DNA of 64,000 nucleotides from Phaeosaccion multiseriatum (lineage: Eukaryota > Protista > Ochrophyta, other classes), in NCBI GenBank assembly GCA_965112735.1, contig OZ218963.1, positions 868,001 to 932,000 on the forward strand. Direction: 5' to 3'. Positions 1-11,468 of the stretch are shown piece by piece. The notes beneath the pieces are model-generated. The model was not told the origin of the DNA. It made no database searches and saw nothing but the letters and a program-made list of their open reading frames with translations. Position 1 is the stretch's first letter, and each line of letters begins with the position of its first letter. A program made the translations under genes and the position numbers.

Positions 1-1322
1 TGAGTGCCGAGGTCCTCTGGAGTCAGCCCCATGCCTTCCAAAATGGACGAGTTCGCCGCCGCCGTACGTCTGAGGAAGCCGCAATACCTATCGTACTGAT
101 TGTTGCCAGCGAACAGCGCGTTCTTCTCAAACCAAAGCTCAGGAGGTAAACACCAAGCGCGAGGACGGGGCAGATCTCCGGCATGATTGGATTCGCGTAG
201 ACGTGGCGAGGATGTCGGGCCTTCTCTCCCAGCTGATCGCCCTTTTGCTTCCCAAAATAGACGCAGAGCGCGTCCCCCTTCCACTCGAGATGATCGAGAC
301 AAATCTCCACACAGTTGGTGGCGCGGCACATCAGATTCCAGGAGAGAACGAGGAAGGGGTGGCCAAAGGCGCCCTGTCTGTGCCCGTTCTCACAGACTGC
401 CGAGCTCAGCATTGCTGCGATGTACACAAGCGAAGGAAACAGTGGCAACCAAAGACGGCGTCAGGGCTAGGAAGTGAGTGGGGGGCATTCAATGCATCAG
501 CCACTTGTCTCCACCCACTCCACTAGTTTCCACTGTCCACTGACTCCACACAGCTGGGAATTTACCTTTGGCAAGAGCGCGGTAGAGAGCGAACGGCATG
601 GGAGCCTTCCCTTCTCTGACTTCGACATTTCCCTCCTGCTTCTCTCCTGCGATCGTCCTCTTCAGCCCCTTGGTGAGCGTCGCAAGGTCGCTTTGCAATT
701 TGCGGTGCTGTTCCTCCTGATGGTAGTCTCTGTACAGATTGAAGAGTGCAGAGCGTTTCGACTGTGCACCGGCCTTGGATAAGCCCTTCGGCCCCTTCTT
801 GACTTCAAGCAGCCACCCGAAGAACGCGTCGGCTGTCAGCAGATGGAACAGCAAAGGGTGCGGCGCCCGAGGTGCTTGGATCAAGTGTGCCTTCACCCGC
901 TTCGTCCACTGCGCCTCAGCCTTCTTCTTGGCCTTTGCTTGGGCTTTCGCTGCTCTCGACACCTCAGCCGGCGTCTGCTGTGCCGCTGCAGTGGCACCAC
1001 CCGCTCCGCCAGGTGCGGCGGCTGCTGCGGCTGCTGCTGCTCTCCTCTGTGCTTCCTCCTCTTCCCCATCTTCCCCGTCTTCCTCCTCTTCCCCTTCCGG
1101 TGGAGCAAATGCTGTCCTGAAGTCAGGGTCCAGAAGCTCCGGGTGCTTGCGGAAGAGGTATCGGATCAGCATGGTGGAGGCGCATGCATATCCACTTCTC
1201 GAGCGTGGGGCGATGGTGTTGTTTCGGAGGTTCTGAATCTGCTGCTGCTCTGCAGTAAGCGGTGCTTCTTCCCCCTCTGCTGCTGGTGCTTCCGGAACCG
1301 TAGCAACAGCGACGTCAGCCAT
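1..1322 (-). mobile_element. Tyrosine-recombinase transposase gene of a Crypton (CryptonS-like) element; 3' part lies outside the window; apparent 1-nt frameshift
   Basis: Exon 1 (1322-566) joins exon 2 (414 to the edge) through a GT-AG intron at 565-415. The product has LSWNLMCR..N.....HLEWKGDALCVYF..QKGDQ.G.....PRHVYANP.MPEICPVLALGVY and, after a shift at about 129-131, LFAGNNQYDRY...G.TPEDLGTH. These match, from recall, stramenopile Crypton tyrosine recombinases; the H of the HxxR motif falls at the window edge. Confidence 0.8.
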
Positions 1323-1661
1323 GGTATGCTCTGTTCTCCTGCAAATTCACGTGGGAGATGCCCCTCCCACCACTGGCATCAGCTGTTACAGCCGGGTATC
1401 GTCCGCGCAGCCGCTGCTCCTCTTACATAGCTGCCCTGTGCAAATATGCTGATGCTGTGAATGAATAAAAATCCATGTGGGGAGGGGGGGGAGAATGCCC
1501 CACAACCAAAAAATATTGGATAAAAAACTTGAAAAACCAGCATTTGTGGCCCATAAAATATCCAAAACCATAATTTCGTGGGGCAGGTGCCCCACATCAC
1601 GGTACTATTAGACATACGGACTACAGAGAACTATATAACAATTGTTTGGATTATCCTATAT

Positions 1662-3950
1662 GCCTCTAAATGGGCAAAATACTGCACGCTCAGCGCTCTA
1701 ACCATATGCCTCTACGATTTTCCTCCAGATCGGCTCCCCACTGCCTTTTCCTGTATAGTACAGGCTCCCCGGTACCTCCTCCAGCACGCTGGGTGCCCCC
1801 TTCGTGCGGGAAAATCCGCTTAAAGACTTTTCACCCGCTTTCACCTCCTTTCTGGCCAGCTCGCGCTGTGCCTGTTTTTTTTTTTTTTCTTCTCTCTCTA
1901 TCAAACCCATCAATTCTCTTCGTCTGTCTTCTCTCCGGCAGCCACCTCTTCTCCTTCCCCTCCTCTGTCTTCTCTCCTGCAGACTTCGAGTCTTTCGCCT
2001 TCCCACCCACTTCCTCCACGGGGCAGCCGATTTCCTGCATGGAACACCTGCAGGCCCAGCAGCTCAAAGCCCGGAGGAGACGCATCGCAGCCAGGGCAAC
2101 ATGATGATGGTGAGCATCCCTGCTTCTTCCACACCCGCCTGTCCTTTCCTGCACCTTCTCCTCTCCTGAGCCGCGCTCTCCTTCCTTCTCTCACCTTCTG
2201 TGTCGTTGTTGGCTGTGCGCCGGCCTCCTTCGTCGTCTTTGCTGCTCCTGCTGCGCAATGTGTCCACCCGCCACTTCCTCGCCTCCGCCTCCTCCTCAGG
2301 TGTCTCCCCACTGTCCTTCTCCTCATCGTTTTGTCTGCCCAACCCCTTCCCCTTCATTCCCCATGTTCGACCTAGTGCCATGCACAAGGCAGCTAGAGGC
2401 TACGACAACGAGCAGCGCCTCCTCTAGCAGGGCACCACTGCGGCGCAGGAGGTGCCTTCCCTTTGGATCGTCGGGAAAAAGTGTGGGTAAGTACCCCTTT
2501 GTGGGCAGGCAGTGTTAGCTTACTAAAAAAAAAATTTACTGCTGACGAGGGCATGGCCTATGACGGCATTCTTGAAGTGAAGGCGTGCCGCGCAGACGGC
2601 CACAAACTCGTCGGTTGCAGCTCCTTCCCCATCACTGGGTACAGGATGTGGGAAGAAGGGAAGCAGGGGAGACATGGCCACGTACGCACCGAGCGTTTTT
2701 CTCAGGATGAGGCTGGCCAGCGTCGATTTGGGAGTTGCAAATGGAGCAGTGCTTGACAGGGAAGGGCTTCTCGAGGGGAAATGCCCCCAGGACATTTTGG
2801 CCGACGTCGCTGGAAGAGCCGCACCAGTCAAGAGAGCAATTTTTTTTTTAAAGTGAAGACTCCACGCCATATGCGTTAACACCATTAAAACCAAATCATT
2901 AATACCATTCACGACGTTTTCTTATCCACGAGACTCCGTCATCAAGACGCATCGCAGCCAGACCAACCTCCTCTTCCTCCTCCTCCTCCTCCTCCTCCTC
3001 CGCCGCCGCCAAGTCTTTCCACATCCTGCACTCGCCATTTGTGAGTCCCTCCTACTTTTGCTCCTCCTGCCCGCCTCGCCTCCCCCTTTCGCCTTCCTCT
3101 CCTCCACTCTCCCTTCTCCCACTTCTTGCCAACTCCAACCCTCTTCTCTCCTCCTCCTCCACCCTGCCGAGGGCGCAGCCCGAAGCACCACCTTGTAGAC
3201 ATATATAACATTTCTTTTACCCGTACGCCTCCAAATGTGCCAAAATGCTGCACGCTCAGCGCTCTAACCATATGCCTCTACGATTTTCCTCCGGAACGGC
3301 TCCCCACTGCCTTTTCCTGTAGTACAGGCTCCCCGGTACCTCGCCCAGCACGCTGGGCGCCCCCTTCGTGCGGGAAAATCCGCTTGAAGATGACTTTTCA
3401 CCCGCTGGCACTTTCTGGCCAGCACCCACGCTGTGCCTATTTTTTTTTTGTAGCTTCTCGCTCTGTCCCCCCCCCTTTCTCTTCGTCTGTCTTCTCTCCT
3501 ACAGCCACCTCTTCTCCTTCCCCTCCTCTATCCATTTCCTCCACGCGGCAGCCGATTTCCTGCATGGATTACCTGCAGGCCCACAAGCTCAAGTCCGGAG
3601 ACGCATCGCAGCCAGCCAGACCGTTATCTGGAGACGCATCGCATCGCAGCCAGACTAACCCCCCATCGCAGCCAGACTAACCTCCTCCTCCTCCTCCTCC
3701 TCCTCCTCCTGCCTCCTCCTCTCCTCCTGCTTAAGGGTGTAATATATAAATAATCTCCTCCTGCTCCTTCCACATCCTGCACTCGCCATTTGTGAGTCCC
3801 TCCTACTTTTGCTCCTCCTGCGCGCCTTCCCTCCCCCTTTCACCTTCCTCTCCTCCACTCTCCCTTCTCCCACTTCTTGCCAACTCCAACCCTCTTCTCT
3901 CCTCCTCCTCCCTGCCGAGGGCGCAGCCCGAAGCAACACCTTGTATATAC
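1662..3950. repeat. Two diverged copies of a ~700-bp non-coding unit arranged A-insert-B-A'-B'
   Basis: A (about 1662-2094) matches A' (about 3228-3615), for example CTGCACGCTCAGCGCTCTAACCATATGCCTCTACGATTTTCCTCC. B (about 2945-3210) matches B' (about 3632-3950), for example TTCCACATCCTGCACTCGCCATTTGTGAGTCCCTCCTACTTTTGCTCCTCCTGC. Confidence 0.9.
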
Positions 3951-4094
3951 TAATCTACTCCGCAACAAAAATGTAATGTAATGTGTACTTCAAAAAACAG
4001 TGACGAACAATGAGACCGTGGGCGTAGAAGGAGCTTCCGGCCGACTTAAGTCTCCTCTGGGGGTACCACAGCCGCTGAAGTGCACAGGACCGGC

Positions 4095-5966
4095 ATGGGC
4101 TACAGCTTGGACTCGCTCTTGGGCGAGCTGGGGCTGGAGAGGAAGCAGGAGCAGCGGTGGTTTGACGAGCCACCACCACGAGAGTCCCGAGAGGGGGCAG
4201 GTCAAGCTCTTCACGTGGCAGCAGTGGGGAGGAGGGGCGACGAGGGAATGGGGAGGCGAGAGGAGCTAGGCGATTCGGATGTCTTTGCGTTGTCACAAGC
4301 GGTGCCAACCCCTTTGCCTGCCGACAGACTTACTCGCAGAGCCAGATTGAAGCAGTACAAGGCCGATGAGTCTGGAGCAAGCAGCAGCTGCAGCGGAGGC
4401 AGCAGGAGGAGGCGGAGACGAGCAGTCGGCCCCACTACTGGTTATAGGCTGGACGTTACCTACAGCCGCGTCGAGAAGAAGGAGTTTTTTCCCCTCGCCG
4501 CCAGGCGGAACGATGACAGTAGGCAATACAGTGTGGATGAGCCTGTGGATGAGGACAGGAGCCGAAGTGTCAGCAACGTCAGCAGCTCGAGCAGCGCCAG
4601 CCACAGCAGCAGTATCCACAGTACTCGCGGCAGTAGGAGTGGCAACAGCAACAACTGCAAGTGGTGGCAGCGAGACTTGTTGGGCTTGGGGAGGAGACGC
4701 AGCTTCTCAGGCCCCTTGACCCGCATTGGTGATGGCGAGCATGACAAGCAGAGGGACGCAGGCTTGGTGAGACGGCGCAGCTTTTCAGGCGCCACCTCGG
4801 TCGACACCAGTGTGTGCCAGCGCCGCCGCAGGCATACCGTCACCACGGAGCAGGAGCAAGCGGTAGCGGAGAGGCGTTGGGCCGTTGTTACCACGGCGGT
4901 GGGCCGAAGAGCGGGCTTCGCGTCCCCTCCCGTCCATGAGCAGCAGAACGCCAAGAGCAGCACCATTAGCATCAACACCTTGGCCGGCTTCTTGTCGAGG
5001 AACAAGGTGAGGCCGCCACACTTCGTCGACGAGCAGGAGCAGCGGCCGAGGGGCTCCTCCTCCGCCACTACTCGCACCAGCTTCCTCAGCGACGCTTCTA
5101 CGACGCGCGGCAGCCTTGAGCGTATGCGCTTCAGTAGCAATATGGCGGGGGCAGATCCCCGGGAGAGCGGGCTTCAGCTGGCCGAGCAGGAGCAGGAAGA
5201 GGAGCAGCAGCAACAGCAGCAGCAGCAGCAGCAGGAGGAGGAGGAGGAGGAAGAAGCGCAGCAGGACCAGCTACAAGAGCGGCAGCAAGTGGGACATGAA
5301 GGCTCCCGGGCAGCAGGGGAGGGGGGCAGACAGCGAAGCACCGTGTGGGCGAGACTCTTTCCTGGCAGGAAAAGAGTTGAACGGGACCGCCTCCGTCAGC
5401 AGCAGCAGCAACAGGAGGAGGAGGAGGAGGAGTGGCAACCTCTTAGCCTCGACGGGGCGACGGGGCAGGGAGCAGGAGCAGAAAGTGGGTCGACCTTCAG
5501 CTCGCTTCGGATGGTGGAAAGCGTCGGGGTTTACTCCCCCCACACCTCGACATTTCGCCAGCCTGCGGAAGGAGGACGAGGAGGAGGAGGAGGACGAGGA
5601 GGAGGAGGAGGAGGAGGAGGAGGAGGAGGAGGAGGAGGAGGAGGAGGAGGAGCTACGAGTCCACCTGGACACCAATTGGCGTCGGCCTCGGAGCCCAAGT
5701 ACGCCTTGAAACGCGCTCTCAAGCCCTCCACGCCCTCTGCTGCTTCGGTGGGCAGCGCCGCCACCACCACCACCACCACCAGCAGCAGAAGCAGAAGCAG
5801 CAGCAGCCTCAGAAGAAGCAGCCTCGGATACCAAACCAGCAGGTCGGCTCCGACGCCTCGACCGAGCCGGATCCTCGACGAGAGGCCTGTGCTGCTGAGG
5901 GAGGAGGGCTGTGTGGTGAGGAGTAAGGTTTTTATGGAACCGACGGAGGAGAAGACTGAAGTGTAG
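4095..5966 (+). CDS. Hypothetical intronless low-complexity protein (~623 aa; Ser/Arg/Gln/Glu/Gly-rich)
   Basis: Long ORF from ATG 4095 followed by an AT-richer 3' region. Contains RRRSFSG twice. No domain recognised. Confidence 0.6.
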   Translation: MGYSLDSLLGELGLERKQEQRWFDEPPPRESREGAGQALHVAAVGRRGDEGMGRREELGDSDVFALSQAVPTPLPADRLTRRARLKQYKADESGASSSCSGGSRRRRRRAVGPTTGYRLDVTYSRVEKKEFFPLAARRNDDSRQYSVDEPVDEDRSRSVSNVSSSSSASHSSSIHSTRGSRSGNSNNCKWWQRDLLGLGRRRSFSGPLTRIGDGEHDKQRDAGLVRRRSFSGATSVDTSVCQRRRRHTVTTEQEQAVAERRWAVVTTAVGRRAGFASPPVHEQQNAKSSTISINTLAGFLSRNKVRPPHFVDEQEQRPRGSSSATTRTSFLSDASTTRGSLERMRFSSNMAGADPRESGLQLAEQEQEEEQQQQQQQQQQEEEEEEEAQQDQLQERQQVGHEGSRAAGEGGRQRSTVWARLFPGRKRVERDRLRQQQQQQEEEEEEWQPLSLDGATGQGAGAESGSTFSSLRMVESVGVYSPHTSTFRQPAEGGRGGGGGRGGGGGGGGGGGGGGGGGGATSPPGHQLASASEPKYALKRALKPSTPSAASVGSAATTTTTTSSRSRSSSSLRRSSLGYQTSRSAPTPRPSRILDERPVLLREEGCVVRSKVFMEPTEEKTEV

Positions 5967-6564
5967 AAGGAACGAGGTCGGGGGGAGGGAGGGAGGAGAA
6001 GGGGAGTTCAGCTTCAGACCCTCCATGTATAGCAATGTTTTGTGTGGGCTTTTGAGGCTTTGGCCCATGGATGGCAATCTACGTCGCAATGTATGATAAC
6101 ATTAAATCTTTAAAACCCACAATTTTCAGTTTATGTGACCATAAAAAAAAAAATGCAAATGGATTCGATATGGAAGCTTCTGTGCCTACTCCATTGTTTA
6201 CACCCCTCTATCCCCCATCCACTGCCATCCCTCCCCCCCCTACGATGGAGCTGCGCTACTGGAGACATCGTTGCCGGCGAAAAGCGCGAGAAAGTCTTCC
6301 GCGGATTGACTCGTGTGCATACCTGTGGATGGGATGGCAGTGGATGGGATGGCAGTGGATGGGATGGCAGTGGATGTGGGGGGGGGGGGGTTAGTTAGGA
6401 GCAGGGAGAGATGGTGAGAGACAAGAGCAGGGAGGTAGAAGGAAGTGAAGCGCTTACGTAAGCTAAAGCAGGCTTCCAGCACGACGACGACACATGCGAG
6501 AGAGATCGGTTCGGCAGTTGGTGATACACTATCCCACCCCCCCCCCACTTCCTTTCCTTTCCGT

Positions 6565-6957
6565 TCACCCAACCAACCCTTCTTCTCCCTTTCCCTTCTC
6601 ACCTCCTCGCTGTGTCCCCGTCCGGTCCGCCTCACCCTCCGCCCCCGCTTGCGCCCCGCCTGAACCCCCCCCTCCCCCTCCCCCTCCCCCGCCCCCGCCC
6701 CCGCCCCCTCTTTCTAGACCAGTTGGTCCTCTCCTCATCTTGGCGACTGCTTTGGCTGCTTCCTGGGGGCTCATTCCAGCGCTTCTACAGTCGTCATCCC
6801 CCATGCCGGGGGGGAAACCTCCAAGGGCGCCGTAGGACTCCCCCTCTCCTCCTCCAGTGGCCCCGCCGCCCCCCCCCCCTCCCAGGCTTGGGCTGTTGCC
6901 GTACCCCAAACTGAGGCCGTTGTTGCTGCTGTGCGTCTGGACATAACCACTCTCGCG

Positions 6958-6994
<37 letters not shown>

Positions 6995-7627
6995 GTACTC
7001 TTGCTTGTGTGAGTCCCTGTCCCCCCCACCCCCGCCCCCTCCCCTCCTAATCCCCCTCCCCCGACGAGGGTGTGTCCATAGTTGCTGTTGCCGGCGGCAG
7101 TGGCCGTTTCGAAAGCCGCGGCGATGCTGTGAAGCGTGTCGCTGTTGAAGCGCACAGGAGGCGTGTCAGCAAAGCCCGCTGCTACCACCGCTGCCGCCTC
7201 CAATCCACCACCCCCCTTCACCGCCCCCCCTGCCCCCCCTCCCCCCACACCTCTCCCCGAACCCCCCGCCCTTCCCCTCGCAATCGACCGATGTTGGTGC
7301 TCTCCCCCCGCCGCTGCCTGGAGGCTTCCTAAGCTGGGCAGCCGGCCGTGTGGCGAAGCTCCGAGGCCAAGGAGCATAGTAAGGTCCTGCATGGACGAGC
7401 TTCCCAGCAAGGTTCCGCTGGTGGGCAGTTGCGTCACGGAGGGGGCGCGGGGCATGTCGCTGTCGCTGCTGTCGAAAGAACCTCCCCCTCCCCCTCCTCC
7501 TCCTCCTCCTCCTCCTCCTCCTCCTCCTCCTGCTGTCCCTCCCGCTTTTGCCAGTACAGCTGCCCCCACGCTGCTGTCGTGCTGGTGAGAAGAAGAAGAA
7601 GAAGAAGAGGCAGATACGGTACTCCGG

Positions 7628-7659
<32 letters not shown>

Positions 7660-9898
7660 ATCACCAACTGCTGCTGCTGTTCCTGCTGCTCCTCCGTAAT
7701 TCCCGGGGGGAGCGCGCCCCATATACGCACCCCCTTGGGCACCCCAGCCAGAGCCCTCTAGGCGGTGTGACTGTTGATGCAAGTACTCTGCTGCATGCTC
7801 ATCTGCCTCTCCGTGCGACTTCATCAGGTGACTACGTTGCTGCTGATGATGCTGCTGCTGGAGGTGGTGCTGGTGACGTTGCTCCTGGTGGCTTAGCTCG
7901 TAGTCTTGTTGCTGCTCTTGGTAAGCCTCGCCTCCTCTTCCTCCTCCTCCTCCTCCTCCTCGTCCTCGTCCCGTTGACGTGTTGCGCCCCCCTCTCCTTG
8001 TCCGCTTGGAGCTCCCCTTCCCTCCACCGCTCCTCCCTCTTTCGCTCCACTCATCATCCTCCTCCTCCCCTCCTCCTCCACTCTCGCTACTCCACCGGTA
8101 GGGAGTCCTTGGGTTTTCCTCGCCCTCCTCTTCCTCCCCACCACTCGGCGTCATTCTCCCATTCGGTGGGAATTGAGCCGCCGCTGCATTTCGCTTATTC
8201 CCCGCCCTACTCCGAGTGTTACTACTTCCACTGCTGCTGCTGCTGCTGCTGCTTGCTTTCCGTCGAGGGGTGGCGCAAGCGATTCGGTCCAGGTACAGCC
8301 TCTCCAGATTCTCTGCATGCATGGCGCCACGGGTCGGGGGGGGCAGCAGCAGCAGCAGCAGGAGGAGGAGGAGGAGGAGGAGGAGGAGGAGGAGGAGGAG
8401 GAGGAGGAGGAGGAGGAGGAGGAGGTGGAGGAGGAGGAGGAGGAGGAGTGCAAGGAAGGAACAGCGTAGCCTAGGTAAGAAAGGTCAGACAGCTTGGCAT
8501 AGTGGGGTCAAAATATGGCACTCCTCTAGCCCTACCCGGTATATATAGCCGGTAGGCGGTAGGGTACCCAAAAGGAGGGTACCCAAAAGGAGGCAGCCCA
8601 ATTGTACGACGAGGTGTACTTGATGCGCTACAGTGTGTGTTCCTTCCGAGAGCCGCATACTGCGCAAGTGACCGAATGTATCACCAACTAGAACAGTAAA
8701 ACTACGCACCGGACTCACTCACCGAGCTCGACGCGTGTTGTCTCAGCGTCTGCGGGAGTCATGCGATCGATATCAGCCTGCTTCCGGCGAAACACCTGTG
8801 GTGGTGTGGTGTGGGGTGGGGTGGTGTGGAGTGGTGGAGTGGTGGTGTGGTGTGGTGTGGTGTGGTGTGGTGTAGTGTAGTGTAAGCGTGGGAGTGGTTG
8901 GTGTGGTGTGTGGCGTCGTGTGGTGTGGTGTAGTGTGGTGTGGTGTAAGTGTGGGAGTGGTTGGTGTGGTGTAGTGTAAGCGTGGGAATGGTTGGTGTGG
9001 TATGGTGTGGTCGGCGAGGAGAGAGGAGGTTGGTGGGCATGGCACGGACGAGGGGTGGGCAACAGAATTAGCTACGCCGGCTTGATCTCTTTATCTGTCA
9101 ATCCTTCTTAGACAGAGACATCTAGTGTGTGTGGGTGCAAGAGCGCAAAAGACGCACCGAAGACGCGCTCTTTGCTGCCTGCCTGTCTCTCTGCTACCTG
9201 CCTGCCTACTCTCTGCTGCCAGCCTGTCCTCTCGTACCTGCTTGCCGATGCAGTTTGGCCCAACAAACTTCTTGCTGATCCGCATGGGGTCGCAGTTCAG
9301 CATAATGCTCAGGAAGGTCCTGCGGAGATTAGAGGCAACAATGGGGTGATAACGCTACGTGAGACAGCTTTCAAGGCAGAGGGAGACGAGCGAGCATACC
9401 CTGTGGATACCCTCTATACCTGAGCGTGGTGCCGTCCGTGAGTGGCAGCAGCCCCAACTTAAAGTCCTGGATGAGACGGTTGGCGTAGCTCTCCTCCTCA
9501 ACAGTCCACTTGCCCCTTCGCAAAGGCCCCGTATTCTTCCTCCTCCCGGTACCTTCGTTGCCAACTGCTTCCTCCATCCCCGCGAGATAGCTCCCAACGC
9601 CTTCTCGCCCTCCTCCTCCTCCTCTGCCCCCCGACTGTGTGTTTCGCACTCCAGCGCCAGCGTCCCCCATCTCCCCCTCCTCCCGTCCTTGGCTGGCGGG
9701 ATTGTCTGTTCTTGCCAGCGTCTTGCCCCTTCGCCTCTCTCTCCCGCTACCAGTCCCGCCGTCGTCACGAGTGTCCGGGCCGGCAGGGGAGGTCGGATCT
9801 GAGCTCAACTCCCCCAAAGTGAGCCCGTCGGCCTCCGCAGCTGCCGCTGCCGCGAGCTCAAGACTGAGCATAGAGCTGTTTCGCCTCATCCGCGGCAT
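6565..9898 (-). CDS. Stramenopile 'LRRGKWT' Myb/SANT-like conserved-domain protein (putative transcription regulator)
   Basis: Exons 9898-9420, 9319-9238, 8795-8723 and 8312-6565 splice in frame (all GT-AG). They give GPLRRGKWTVEEESYANRLIQDFKLGLLPLTDGTTLRTFLSIMLNCDPMRISKKFVGPNCIGKQVFRRKQAD...ELENLERLYLDRI, a block I recall as conserved in diatoms, brown algae and oomycetes, followed by a long Gly/Ser/Gln-rich tail. Confidence 0.85.
8797..9010. repeat. Intronic (GTGTG)n-type pentanucleotide repeat
   Basis: Seen directly; abuts the 3' splice site at 8797-8796. Confidence 0.9.
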
Positions 9899-10259
9899 GT
9901 CTCAGCAAACGCCAGCAGTAGTCGTCCCCTCCCCACAAAGAACGAGAGCCAGCTCCCTTTTTGAGTACGGATTGAGTCCCTACTCGGGGGGCGGCATTCA
10001 CGCCTCGGAAGTAGCACAGATACCTCGCACTCTCCCTTTGTCAGGAAGGCATTATGGAAGGCAAGGCGTCAAGCTGTGTAGCTGCTCCACAACAGAACAA
10101 TATAAGACGATAAAAGGCAGCCCTCCTTCTTCAACCCACCAGACTTTGCTTACGTACGTGAGATGATACGTTACGTAAGGAAACATACGGTTACAAATTT
10201 TCTGCTACTCCTCACCCCTCCCCCCCCCCCCATCCTTGGCACACACTGCGCTCTATCCA

Positions 10260-10817
10260 ATGGGTGACGATGTCCCCGACTGGGTCCTGAATGCGTCCAC
10301 GCCGGCCGGAGCGGCGCCAGTTGCCCCCAAATGGGCCCGCCGAGCCTCTCAGCCGTCGAACACAGCGCCCCCAACCCCGCAACCCACGCCAGCTGCAGCT
10401 CCAGCGAAGGTTCAGTACTCCGCCACATCGACAGACGAGATTACGCACGACGGTGGTGCAGGATGTGTTTTCCTCTGCTTCGCCTACGAGCCCCCCAAAA
10501 GATCAGTCAAAGACGCCTTACGGAAGAAGCGGCGGGAGGACAGCGGAGCAGTGGCCCCGGCCCCACTGAAGAGCTCACCGACAGGCACTAAGAAGAAGGG
10601 GAAGCGAAGGAAGATGAAGAGTATTTCGTTGGTTTGGAAGAAGAGAGAAGGGAAGGAGAGCGCGGCGAAAGAGGGCGGGGCATCAACATCAGCGGTAGCA
10701 GCAGCCTCGACAAGTCGGCCGGAGACAACGCCTACGGAGCGGAGAGAATCGGTGAAGCCGGAGCCTCCTGCGGGGAACGGTCAGCCTGACTGGCTGAAGG
10801 ATCTAGGCATATCGTAG
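10260..10817 (+). CDS. Hypothetical protein (~185 aa; Pro/Ala/Lys-rich, basic NLS-like stretches)
   Basis: ORF from ATG 10260 to TAG, divergent from the gene starting at 9898. PDW[VL] motif near both termini. Confidence 0.6.
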   Translation: MGDDVPDWVLNASTPAGAAPVAPKWARRASQPSNTAPPTPQPTPAAAPAKVQYSATSTDEITHDGGAGCVFLCFAYEPPKRSVKDALRKKRREDSGAVAPAPLKSSPTGTKKKGKRRKMKSISLVWKKREGKESAAKEGGASTSAVAAASTSRPETTPTERRESVKPEPPAGNGQPDWLKDLGIS

Positions 10818-11327
10818 GATGAGAGGTCAGCCTGACTGGCTGAAGGATCTAGGCGTATGGTAGGATGAGAATGTGCACTGGTGGGTGATTCAAATGAATG
10901 ACTGCGGAGAGGGCGGAGGCGACGGGGACTCAGAACGGAGTAGCTCCACGGGGCGCACAGTTCGTTCGACCGCTTTTGGCCCTCTCTAGTTGTTTCAGGG
11001 AGCCTGTAGGGTAGGCTTTTCTTTGTTTGTGTTTTAGGTTCATTGGATTTGTCGCCGCTGTTCTCGGCACCTTGCCCTTATCACCAGAAGAATAAAATTA
11101 ATGGTGTACATAAATGATGTCGACTCGACTCGACGCATCGAAAATACTCGCTTCGCTCGTCAAAACAGTACTGCAGCATGCCGCTGTCTGCTGCTGCTGT
11201 ACCACCAACTGGTGCCCCTCAGACCGCGACAACCCCCATACCGCAGCTGTTGCTGCCCCCCCCCCTCCCAACTCAAGAGCGGCCCCTCCTTGGCGAAGTC
11301 CGGCCGTTCATTCGTTCCTTCATCGTT

Positions 11328-11400
11328 GTATACATACATACATACATACATACATACATACATACATACATACATACATACATACATACATACATACATA
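11328..11400. repeat. (TACA)n microsatellite just downstream of ICMT
   Basis: Seen directly. Confidence 0.95.
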
Positions 11401-11468
11401 CTCGTCGAGCGACCGCTCTCTTCGCCATCCCACAGCGCGAGACCCCGTGTGTGCTATCGTGCCATCTC

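Noticed and set aside
2523-2912. 129-aa minus-strand ORF in the insert between repeat blocks
   Set aside because: No recognisable domain or convincing gene structure; it may be a fragment, but I cannot support a call.
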